From the NCBI GenBank assembly GCA_977017575.1, contig CDRNVI010000140.1, positions 124,001 to 188,000 on the forward strand: DNA of 64,000 nucleotides. The letters run 5' to 3'. Each line of letters opens with the position of its first letter. Within the stretch, counting starts at the first letter, position 1. This stretch comes from Paramoeba atlantica (lineage: Eukaryota > Protista > Discosea). The position numbers were made by a program, and so were the translations under genes. The notes under the pieces were generated by a model that was not told the DNA's origin, searched no databases, and saw only the letters and a program-made list of their open reading frames with translations. This document shows positions 11,449 to 22,566 of the stretch, one piece after another.

Positions 11449-13889
11449 CTATCCAATAAACCCAATAGCAACGAGACGTTTCCGATCAGTTGAAAGGGTA
11501 AACATTCGTGCAGCAATAACTTCATCACCCACTTTCCACCAATCTTGGCTTCCCCAATCAGAAAATTCAAACAGTCGAAGCGAATAGCGAATAAAACGTG
11601 GTGGAGAGTCAGGTGGGAAAGGGACTCGATGCAAGAGAGAGAAAACAGCGGGGTTGTTTCCACTGAGAAGACGGAAAATGAAAGCTTCAAACCAAGCCCC
11701 TTTTCCAGATGTAAATTGAAGAAACCACATGCGCCAGTCAAGTCGAGGAAAATATCCAATCCCTCCAAACGATGGTTTTCGATTTGCTCTGTTGAATATC
11801 GATTAAAAAAAAAGATTGACTTGAAATGAAAACAATAAAATAGGAACCGGCTGGGTTTGCAAGGAAATTCATAGAGCTCCCAATTTGTTCCATCGTTACT
11901 TCCTTCCAAAATAATTTCTCCTGTAAAAATTGAAAAATAAATCACCAGAACTATTTTAAAAAAAATATGAACTTTGAATAATCGAAGAAAAAAAAACCTC
12001 GATCAGTGGTCATTACGGAAAAAAGGCCATAAGGACAAAATAAGCTAAACTGTTGAAGAATCCGGCCATATTCTTTCACCCATCGAAACATCCGCCCAAT
12101 TCTTCCCTCTCGAAAGAACTCAGTAACACAAGGGGGATAATTATATTTCCCTCGAAGAGTCCCTTTTACAAGTCCAATCCCCATCACCGCATTGAGGAAC
12201 AACCAAGACAGAGAGATGAAAAAAAGTAAAAGTTGCAGAAAGAAAAAGAAACTCTTCCCAAACAAAAAAAACGTTCCATCTGTCATTTTGTTCAAAGTAA
12301 AGAGCGGAAATATGGAGTTCAAGGAATCAGAGGAAAAGATCCAAGAAGAAGAAGAAGGAGAAGGAACAACATAATGGATCATGGAGGGGAGCATCTCATC
12401 TGATAACAACGACATACAAAGGGCAATAGTATTAAAGTTAAAAAATCCATAACAACCAGTAGAAGTGATCAACAACATTAACAAAATACACCCCAAACCA
12501 CCCATCGCTCTCCCTATCGTTCGAAAAAAGATAAAATATGGAAAAAAGAGCTCGATGATAAAGTGGCCATATGTCGATAAAATGTGTACTGATTTGGGGA
12601 TGAGATGGTGCCAATACCTATTTTTTTTCAAAAATGAGATACAAATATTATGGAAGAAAACAAATTACTAAAGGAAGAAAGAAAGGAAAACAATATGAGT
12701 GGAATTAGAACAAAAAAAATACCATGAAATGGGATGGGCGAGTGGCTGAGACCAATAGTGATAGAGCATAGCCGTTCCATCTCGCCAGGTTAGGTCACCA
12801 CTTGATAACTTAACAATTCCACTGCATAACAATTTTTTTTGTGTTCAATAAGGAAAGAAAATGAAGGAAAATAAAAAATAAAAAGAACCTTGAAAACATA
12901 ATTCGAAAAAGAAGAAGCCAAGCAGACCAAAGTGTCAGACAAAGAGTAATCGATCCAAATCGAACAATCAACCAATTGAAGAGACTATGACGAACACACT
13001 CATCACCCATCCAAGAAATCTCAACCATATCCAACGGAGAGGTGAAAGGAAAGAGATCAGAAGAAGAAGCACAAGAGTCATTCATCCCAGAATGCGAAAG
13101 AGAAAAAGAGAGAGGATACAAAGAAATGGCGGTGGCAATAAAAATACAGGAAACTCCTCCTTCAACAATTAAACAATCAAATTGAAGACCTGTCCATTCT
13201 CTTCCAGTCGTTTTTAAAGCCATGTAGGCCCAAAATAAGTAGAGAAAGAGAAATGGATTTAAGAGAGGAGAAAGAAGAAAAGAGGCGCCAGAAGAAATCA
13301 GTAATGATACAACACAACCAGAAATACAATAAAAAGAGAGAAGTTGATCAAAAGAAGTTCGATATTGAAGGAGGCTCTGCCAAAGAGAGAGGTCTTTTTG
13401 TTCTTCTTCATTATCGATTTTTTCTCTTTCTCCTTTTTCTCGAGAGATGTCAACAGGCGAATCAAATCTTCCTTTTGAAATTGGACCTTTCTTTTCTCTT
13501 TCTTTTTGTTGTTGAGGCGAGGAAGTGGCAAAGTACCAGAAAGGAAGAAGAGGAAACTGCCAAATACTGACATTTTTAGAGTTTTGAAAAGCTCGATAGA
13601 TCGAAACGATTTGCTCAACCGGAAGAATGCCGTTTGAACCAACCAAACCTTCAGATTGAACCCAGTAGGAATAAAAGGCCAACAAATAAACGAACGCATA
13701 CAATTGAAGAAAAAGTGATGAAGAAATCACAAAATCTGCAGGAGAAATTAGATCCAACACAACATTTGACAAGAAGAGGAGGGCTGTCCCAACAATCAAT
13801 ACCGTAAACCACCATACTTGGACAACTGGATTATTGTAAATCTTTCCCAAGAAACCAAACAACCATCTTTGAATTTCCAACAAAACCAT
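11449..13889 (-). CDS. Lipase maturation factor (LMF1/2) family multi-pass ER membrane protein
   Basis: Motifs LVGSNGILP, EWTGLQFDCLIVEGG, LLLFRIMFS, ELFFPYFIFF, GCYGFFNFNTIAL, EIILEGSNDG..W..YEFPCKP and YFPRLDWRMWF. ATG at 13889, stop TAG at 11451-11449, several T-rich introns. Confidence 0.88.
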
Positions 13890-14074
13890 TTTCAAAAAAG
13901 CAAACGAAACAACAAAGAAAAAAAAGTAAACGATACAAGAAATGAAAAAAAGTGTTAAAACAAAAAAAAAGAGAATTTGATGGGAAATTTCACTGAAAAC
14001 TATTAGAAAATTTCCAATTTCGGAAAGTTCAAGGGGACACCTTTTTTTTCTGTTTGCTTGAATCCGATTCAATC

Positions 14075-14826
14075 ATGGCAAAAAGATTTGTGATCGCTCT
14101 CGATGAATCCGAAAACTGCGACTGGGCTTTTAATTACACAACTTCAGCAATGAACAAACATTTGGATGAACTTCATTTAGTCACTATCAGAAATCCCGAT
14201 TCATCCCCTGCTCTTGGAGTTGCTGGAGCGTACGCTTACGACCTTGTTTTGAAAGAAAGAGAAGCTGAGATTCAACGTTGCAAAAAAATTCTTCGTGGTT
14301 ATGCCAGAAGAGCTCATCAACTTGGGGTATAACATTCTCTTTTTCTTTTGATTTTGCGAGAATTCTCTTTGAACTTATTTTTTTTTTATCACAGATTACA
14401 ACACCTTTAAAGCTGACTCTTGGCACCGGAGAGGTTGGAGAAATTCTTTGCGATTACATTCCTAAAAACAAAATCGATTTCCTTGTGATGGGTCGCCGTG
14501 GGATGGGAACATTCAAGCGACTGTTCCTTGGCTCAAACTCAAAGTACTGCGTTGAACATGCGGATTGCAATGTCATTATTATAAAACACCCTTTTGGTCC
14601 TGAGGAAGTACATGAAGGATCAAAAGCTGAAGCTATCGCGGCGGAAGAAGAAGAAAGACAATGGAGAATTCACGAATACGAAAAGAAACTGGAAGCTGAA
14701 GCAAAACAACAGGAAGAAGACTCAAAGAAGGATCTTGAGCTTGTAAAAAAGATGGAAGAAGAAGAAAGAGAAAGACGGGAGAAAGAAGATCACGGTGGTG
14801 AAAGTGTTTCAGGGCGAGATGAGTAA
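14075..14826 (+). CDS. Universal stress protein (UspA-like), copy 1; 2 exons
   Basis: RFVIALDES..WAF, LHLVTI, IDFLVMGRRGMGTFKRLFLGSNSKYCVEHADCNVIIIK (G-2x-G-9x-GS ATP motif). Intron about 14327-14394; Glu/Lys-rich tail. Confidence 0.92.
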
Positions 14827-15136
14827 AAACCTCCTCTCTCTTTTTTTTTTTTGAAAAAAACCCCTCAAAAAACGATTTCAATTCTCTGAACTTTGCGATT
14901 TGAATGTGGTTTTTCCCTTTTTGTTGTTTGTGGTGAACCACAGTATGATCCTGAGAGTTCCCACTCTCGGTGGTTTGGTGATGGAAGCGAGAGTGGTTGA
15001 AAACTGTGAGAAAAAAATAAAAATGGTTTCTTTAAAAAGAGCGAGCTTGATCTTTTATTTTTCAGCCAGAGCGAAATCCAAAGGCCGCCGAAAGATAATC
15101 AACTAGAAAGGAGAGTGAAAAGGAAAAGGCTGAGCG

Positions 15137-15880
15137 ATGACTTCAACAAGAAGATACCTGCTTGCTCTTGACGAATCAGAAAACTGCGAATGGGCTTTTA
15201 ATTACACAAGTTCAGAGATGAACAAACATTTGGATGAACTTCATTTGATTACAGTCAGAAACCCTGATCCAACTTGCGACCTCGTTTTGAAAGAAAGGGA
15301 ACTTGAGAAAAAACGTCGCAAAAAACTTCTTCGTTGTTATGCTGAAAGAGCTCATCGTGTTGGGGTTTGAAACCCTCTTTCGAAATCCAAGACCTTTTTT
15401 ATCTATTTCCAGATTGAATATTAACCAAGATGCTTTTTTCCCCCTTAGATTACAACACCTTTGAAATTGGTTCTCGGAGGTGGAGAGATTGGAGAAATTA
15501 TTTGTGAATACATCTCTGAACATAAAATCGATTTCCTTGTGATGGGTCGCCGTGGGATGGGAATGGTCGAACGACTGATACTTGGTTCAAATTCGGAGCA
15601 CTGCATTGAAAACGCAGATTGCAATGTTATAATTGTAAAACATCCCTTTGGTCCAGAAGAAATACACGAAGGATCAAAAGCTGAAGTTTTGGCAGCGGAA
15701 GAAGAAGAAAGACAATGGAGAATTTGTGAATATGAAAAAAAAATTGACAATGAAGCAAAGAAACAGGAAGAAGAATCAAAGAAGGATCTTGAGATTGTAA
15801 AAAAGATGGAAGAAGAAGAAAGAGAAAGAAGACAGAGAGAAGATCATGTTAGAAAAAGTGTTTCAGGACGAGATGAGTAA
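15137..15880 (+). CDS. Universal stress protein (UspA-like), tandem copy 2; 2 exons
   Basis: Paralogue of 14075-14826 with the same intron position, motif VMGRRGMGMVERLILGSNS, and a near-identical tail ending SVSGRDE*. Confidence 0.92.
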
Positions 15881-16063
15881 AACGAAACTGTGTTAACTGT
15901 GAAAAAACGAAGAAAAAAAAACTCTGAGCTCTTGTATTATTCAAAAAAAAATTGACATTGCAATCATCCAAAATGTTTCTTTGTTTCATCTTCGATGTTG
16001 AACCACCAAAGAATCTCTCAGTTTTTCTAATTATTCAATATATCCTCTTCAAAGAGTCTCCTC

Positions 16064-16807
16064 TTATTGCTGCTCGTGACTGGTGATGACAAACAAACCC
16101 AAAATTCCAATCATTGCATATTTCATCATGGGGTAATCATTCATGATGATGGTGACCATTCCAAGATAAGGAAAATAGATCCCATGTGTCACACGACCAA
16201 TTAAATTTCTGTTTTGTAACCAAAGTTGTCCCTGAAAAAGAATAACTTTCAGAACCATCCCCTTTTTTTTTTTGATCAAAAGTCTTTTGAAAAAATAAGC
16301 AAAACAAATAATAAGAATAATTAACAAACCTGTGGATATAATCCACGATCATTGACAGCGTTATTGTCACCTTTTGTCAGGATCTTTACATCATGATTGG
16401 AGTTGTTTAGAAAAGGCCGATGTACTTCTAGAACGCGGTGTACAATTGGGATATCACGTCCATCAAAAGTGAAAACCACAATTTCTCCTAACTCAACATT
16501 CTTGTTCCGATCATGGTGAAGTGAAAGGAGATCCCCACGATAAAAGAAAGGTTCCATACTTCCACTTAAAACTTTGAGGAAAGAGATTCTTTTAGGGAGG
16601 GGGTGACAAAAAAAAGGGGGAGATGGAAGAAAAGGAAAGAAAGAAAAAAAGGGGGAGCGAACCAACAACAACAGGGCTTTCACATGCAAGAACAATCATC
16701 AAAGTTTTCCAGATCATCAAAGCGGAAACTACAACAGCAGAAAAGTTTAATAATTGGGAGACTATTTGGCGAGGGGATGATTCCCTCAGTTCCTTGAACG
16801 AGTCCAT
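16064..16807 (-). CDS. SEC11: Signal peptidase complex catalytic subunit SEC11; 3 exons
   Basis: ESPVVV|[49 protein letters not shown]. Confidence 0.95.
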
Positions 16808-16934
16808 CACGATCGAGGAAGGAAAGGAGAGGAGAAACGGAGAGAAAGAAACGCCAAGGAAAAAGAAGAAAAAGAAGGAAAAAGACTTTTTGGACACTTA
16901 AAAAAACAGTTTGGGTCGATTTGGGGTTCTGAAA

Positions 16935-18431
16935 ATGTCGCCATTTCTTCGAAACACGTGGTCGATTGCAGCAGAGTGAGATCGGTGATGTTGTTTCGTT
17001 TCTCTTCCAAACCTTCTTTGCTTGGTTCAACTCTCTTTTTTCTCTCTCCCACAATTTGAGCCCAATTCTCAGATTTTACTCCTTGTTCAAAATATCTTCA
17101 GGAGCTTTTCGAAATGCCTCCTTCATCTCAACTTCAACACCTTGTTTTTCGAAACAAGATCTTCTCAAAAAGATTAAGGAATTGAGAATTTTGACTTCTG
17201 CCCCACTTATCGATTGTAAGGTTTGAAAAATTTGATTTATTGTTCAGAAATAATTCAAACCTGAATGCTCAATTATCCTCTGAATATCCCCAGAGCGCTC
17301 TTGAGGAGACCGATGGTGATCTGGATGTTGCAAAAAGTCTATTGATCAAGAAGGGGCTTGCACAAATGGAAAAGATGCAAAGTCGATCAGCAGAACAAGG
17401 ATCGATCTGGGTTGTTGGAAATTTTGAACGAGCTGCCATCATGGAGGTTTCTTTTTCAATCAAGAATCATCTTTTTTTCCTCACCTGTGTGGTGTGTTGC
17501 TGTGATTAACCCCAGTTATTTTTTTCAAGATGAATTGCCAAACAGATTTTGTTTCAACCAATGAAGCATTCAAATCAGCCTTAAATCAGTGTGCAACTTC
17601 TTTTCTGAAACAAAGTGTACAAGGTGGAGAATGGATTACTGAACAAATTGGACAAAAGGCTTCGTTCAGGTCAGCAAATATTGATTGGATTAAGGTTATT
17701 CATTTTTTCTCTTTCTCTTTTTTTATCTCTATTTTGTGTGGTGTGTGAAATTTGAAATCTTTTTTCTCTCCAAAAATTTTTTTTTTGGAGATAATATTCT
17801 TTTATTCTTGTTGTAATTTCAATCATTATTTTCTCTTTTTTGAACATCGTCTTCACAAAACAGACTTTGCAACTTGAATCACAACAAGAAACAATTGGGG
17901 ATGCTGTGGCGACCCTCAATTATACCACTGGGGAGAAAGTAGAAATATCAGTTTCGAAGATTTCTTTTTCTAAAGATTTTTTTGTTGAATCTCCTGAATT
18001 AATAATCCTTTTATTTTCAGCGTGCGTCCATTGTTGAGTCACAAAATGCTACTTTTGGATCCTATATTCATCAAGGTTTTGATTTGAGAAATTTTACCAA
18101 CAAAAAACAGACTGACACTAAACACAAAAACAAAAAGGCCGAATTGGGACAGTTGTGTCAATGACCCCAACTCCAGAGGCAAGTGAAAAAATGCAACTCT
18201 TTGCCAAAAATCTTGCCATCCATGTCGCCGGTTTTCGACCTCAAGTAATTGGAGTTCCTTCTGCAAATACTTCAACTTCCAGTGACAACGCCCCATATCA
18301 GGTTTCTTTTTTTTGTTCCTGCTGCTGCTGAGTTTTTTCTTTCAAAGAAAACATCGCTTGCTTTGCTTGAATTTTTAAAATTCCTCTCCAGGACGCAGAA
18401 ACACTTGGAGAGGTTGTGCCAGAGAGCTTAA
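16935..18431 (+). CDS. TSFM: Mitochondrial translation elongation factor Ts; multi-exon
   Basis: Transit-peptide-like N-terminus, then KIKELRILTSAPLIDCK|SALEETDGDLDVAKSLL..KG, (E)MNCQTDFV, TGEKVEI and NLAIHVAGFRP. Confidence 0.88.
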
Positions 18432-18916
18432 TGGAACAACCATTTAGTATTATGGGAGGAGGGAGTGTTGGTCAAAGACTTCTTCAATTTCAAAAAGAAT
18501 CCGGTTTACCGATAGCGATTGATTCATTTGTGTGGTGGGAAATTGGCGGCGGTGAAATTTCAAATGGATTTTGAAAAAAAAAAATTGAAGACTCATCAAA
18601 TCTTTCGAGAAAAAATTACCTCAAAGCTGCACAGAAGGAAGTTTTTGCAAAGAAAGGGGAAGAGAGAGAGAGGAAACCATAACCGTTTGTTGTGGTCGAA
18701 AAGAAACACAAAAAAAGGGAAAAAGAACTCTCGATCCGAATAAAAGTGGATTTGAACGACTTTTTTAGTGCCAAAAAAAAAAGAAAAAATTAAGATCTCT
18801 AATAATTTGTCTCACACGCTAAACTAGATGAAAAAACACGTCATCAAATAGACCATAACGGGGACCTTTTCTGTCTTTCGGTGGGTTGGTGCAGAACCTT
18901 GCCTTCTTCTTTCTTT

Positions 18917-19681
18917 ATGTCACACACACAGGTCTGTGTGCTCGGGGAGGGAGGTGTTGGAAAGACTGCCTTGACTATTCGGTTGTGTAGTGACCGTTTT
19001 GTGACTGAGTATGATCCAACGGTTTGTTTTTCTTTTTCTTGTGTGATCCTGATCCCCCCCAACTCCACTCTCGTTCCTCCCCACCCCCTCCCCCCGTCAT
19101 TATTCCCTCACCCCCACCACCCTCCTAATTCCATCCTTTTTCTCCTCTGAAAACGATGTGTTCAATCCCAGAACGTTCATTTTTATTTTCTCACGTCTTC
19201 TTTTTTTTTTTTTTTTCAGATTGAAGACTCCTATCGAAAACAACTCCTTGTCGATGGAAAGGCCGTTATGGTTGAGATCCTCGATACCGCTGGTCAGGAA
19301 GAATTTAAAGCACAAAGAGATGAGTGGATTCGAGATAGTGATGGTTTTGTGATCGTTTATTCAATTACTTCCCGTTCTTCGTTTGACAACATTAAAGAAT
19401 TTTATGATACGATTCTTCGAGTGAAAGATGGAGAAACACTCTCGATAGCTTTGGCTGGGAATAAGTGTGATTTATCTGAGAAAAGACAAGTTCCTACACA
19501 GGACGGAGAGGATTACGCAGCTAAGTTAAATGCTCGATTCAGAGAAACCAGTGCAAAAACCAGATTGAATATCGAAGACATATTCCAAGACGTTGTGAAA
19601 TCAATTTTGGACTCCAACAAAATGCAAAGTAACGATCCCGGCCCTAAACCAGTCAAGAAACGTGGGTGTACTTTATTGTAA
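18917..19681 (+). CDS. Ras-family small GTPase with CAAX (CTLL); 2 exons
   Basis: GEGGVGKT, YDPT|IEDSYRK, DTAGQEE, GNKCDL, ETSAK, ends KKRGCTLL*. Intron 19022-19220. Confidence 0.96.
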
Positions 19682-20342
19682 AAGGGGAGTTTATTGGTAA
19701 AATTAGAAAAAACGCTCTTGGAGGGGACTTTTTCTTTTCAAGTCTTTTGATGATGGTGTGGTGTGTGTTGTGTCGTGTGTCGTGTGTGTGGGGTGGTGTT
19801 GCATGTGTGGGTGAGATCTACAGTATTTTATTTTTGGGTGTATTGGTTGTGTGATGTTATGTCGCGTTAATTGGAGGCAAATTATTTTCGTTTCGTTGTT
19901 CCGGGGTTATATTACCTTAACAGATCTTTCTGATTCTCCTTTCCCACAAGAGTGAGTATCACTCTCCCTTCAATCTCCTTCTCTTTCTCTCTTCTTCTCT
20001 TTCTCTCCTTGGGGGTGTATATTTTTTGGATTGGAAAACGAGGGGCAATTTTTGCCTTTGTCTTTCAATAAAGTTTATTTATCGAATATAAAATAATTAA
20101 ATAACTTGTTGTGCTTGTTCGTTTGATAATAATTTTGAGGGAGATTTTTTTCCTCAAAGATTGAGAAAAGATTTTCCCTTGTTTTGGGATGCGGTCAACA
20201 CTCGTTCGTGGTATTGGGGGGTCGAACGAAAAACAGCGCACACCAAAAGTATCATCCCCCTCTCTTTCTTTTTCTTTTCTTTTTTTTTTTCCCACTCGAT
20301 TCAATTTTCTCAACCACAAAATAAATGAAGAAGGAGCCCCTG

Positions 20343-20819
20343 TCAACAAATCACACAATCAGACGGCTCATCAACTTTTCCGATCTTGCAACTTTTCCAA
20401 AGGTTTTGGGTCTCTCGCGAATGGAAGTTGAAATCCACGGTCGCATCAGTCCCACCCTTCTTTAAAATTGGTCGAGATCCAGCAGGGTGTTGTGAAAGAT
20501 AAGAAGTTACATCTAAGACATCACCATCAACAATCAACCAACAAGAATCTAAAGTATTATGCTTAGCAATTTCGTCCCGACGAAAGAGAGTATTCCCAAA
20601 AAAATCTTTCTTTCGTGGTGTAATTTTAGTCACAACTTCCTTTGGAGGGTTACGGGAAGGTTGTGAACAAATCAGAGTCTGAACAGGTTCATCACCGCCA
20701 ACGCTGAGATGACGTTTTTTGTTGGCGGCCAAACACGAACAATTATGGGACCCGGTACACGAACAGTTCTCTTGCGGTCTCATGGGGAGATCCATAATAT
20801 CCTCAATATCTGTTTCCAT
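20343..20819 (-). CDS. Cytochrome b5-like haem-binding protein ending in CAAX-like CVIC
   Basis: EIAKHN..DSCWLIVDGDVLDVTSYLSQHPAG..PIL..GGTDATVDFNFHS: both axial His are present. There is no C-terminal TM anchor. Confidence 0.88.
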   Translation of the reverse strand: METDIEDIMDLPMRPQENCSCTGSHNCSCLAANKKRHLSVGGDEPVQTLICSQPSRNPPKEVVTKITPRKKDFFGNTLFRRDEIAKHNTLDSCWLIVDGDVLDVTSYLSQHPAGSRPILKKGGTDATVDFNFHSRETQNLWKSCKIGKVDEPSDCVIC

Positions 20820-21159
20820 CTACGCTCTTCTTTCTTTTTTCTTCAAGAAGAAAAAAGAAAAAAAAAAGCCGAAAGTTTCGGAACTTCTTTCAAGAAGCGA
20901 AAGAACGAAAAGGAACCGAAAGAATGAACGGAAACGCAAGAACGAAAGGACAAAAGAACAAACGCACACAAGAAAAAAGGAGGAAAAGAGCTTCAAAAAA
21001 GCGCTCTAATCTTTTTTTCAATATCGGCGAAAAGGATGAACGGTGTCTCCCATTTGACACGACACCACCACCAATGCATCCATATTTGGGTTTGTGGTGT
21101 CTTTTTCCCTTCTTTGTTTTTTTTTTTCTGTTTTCGGAAACAAAAAAAAGAAACAAAAA

Positions 21160-22385
21160 ATGGTAAGCGATACAGTTCAACAAACTGTGCAAAGAGCTGT
21201 TGGAGGGAGTGTCGAAGCTGTTGCTCGGGTTCGATTGTATGAAGGTGAAAATGGTTCTTGGAATTATACTGAGCTTGAAGGTTTTGCTGCTGTCGTTAGC
21301 CAAGGAGGGTATCACACCATCAAAATCGTCGATACTGATGGTTCTGGAAATGTTGAATTTGAACAAGAACTTTATTCTGGGATGCAGTATCAAACTAATG
21401 TTGGCCATTTTCATCATTTTGAGTCTGATGAAGTTGTCATTGGTCTCTCCTTTGGGAAGGACTCAGAAGCCTCCGCTTTTGGAAACGCTGTGAAATCTAA
21501 TATCCCATCAGGACCAACTTCGATTTCTGTCACAGGTTTCACACTTTTCCCCCTCTTTTTCCAAAGAAATTTCTTTATTTTTGAAGAGAGACATTATTTC
21601 TTATCGATTACATTACTCTTCTCTTAGGTCCAACTCCAGCTGCAACTCCTGCACCCACGTCAACGGCACCCTCGGTGCCACCATCATCTCCTGCAACTCC
21701 TGCATCTCCAGCAGCAATGACTCGGGGTACCTCTACTTCCAATATGCATAGCCCTGCTTCCGCGAAAAAATCTAGGAAGAAAGGTGGAATTTTTGGTGGG
21801 TTTGCTGCCAAAGTCACCGCATCTGTAAACGACATGTTCTCTGAGAATAAGGAACCAGAGAATTTTGTATTGAGTGGACCGACTGATTTTCGTCATCAGA
21901 GCCATATTGGTTGGGATCCAGAGAACGGGTTTGATGTCAAAAATATTCCTCCAGAATGGCGAAAACTCTTCCAAGCGGCTGGTGTCAAAAAGAGTGAGCT
22001 GCAAGATGCGAACACAGCCAAGTTTATCATGCAAACAGTGACAGAAGCGATGGCTGCTGAAGGAGGAAGCGCACCTCCCCCTCCTCCTGGAGGTGGTCCT
22101 CCTCCTCCCGGTCCTCCTCCTCCTCCTGGTCCTCCTCCTCCTCCAAGTTCTCGTCCTGCGGGTGGGGCTCCGGCTGCTGGTGCAGGACGTGGTGGTTTAC
22201 TCTCGCAAATTCAACAAGGAAAGGAACTCAAAAAGGTTGAAGAACCTGATCTTAATGAACTTGACCAAGGGAAGCAAGCCACATTAGCTAATACTCTTGC
22301 TGCTGCGATGGCCAATCGTAGGGGAGGAGTCGCAGGGAATGAAGAAGAGGAAGAGAATGAATGGGACGATGATTGGGAGGACTAA
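21160..22385 (+). CDS. WASP: WASP-family Arp2/3 activator (WH1-CRIB-polyPro-WH2-C-A); 2 exons
   Basis: WH1-like exon 21160-21535; CRIB LSGPTDFRHQSHIGWDPENGFDV; poly-Pro; WH2 GRGGLLSQIQQGKELKKV; acidic tail EEEENEWDDDWED*. Intron 21536-21627. Confidence 0.95.
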
Positions 22386-22566
22386 ATCAATCGCCCTTTG
22401 TTTGTGTGAATAAAAATCCACCTCTCGTAGAGACATTTTTTTTTTTTTGGCTGTTGTTTCTGTTTTTCTTCATATTATTGGAGTGTGTTGTTCATACCAC
22501 AAGGTTTTCTTCATTAAAATATGTTGTGTCTTTATTCAAAAGAATTTTTTTGGTCTGTTTTTTGAA

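Noticed and set aside
19022-19220. C-rich intron in Ras (G-runs on the minus strand, G4/i-motif potential)
   Set aside because: No snoRNA box motifs or stable hairpin were recognised; the composition alone is not evidence of function.
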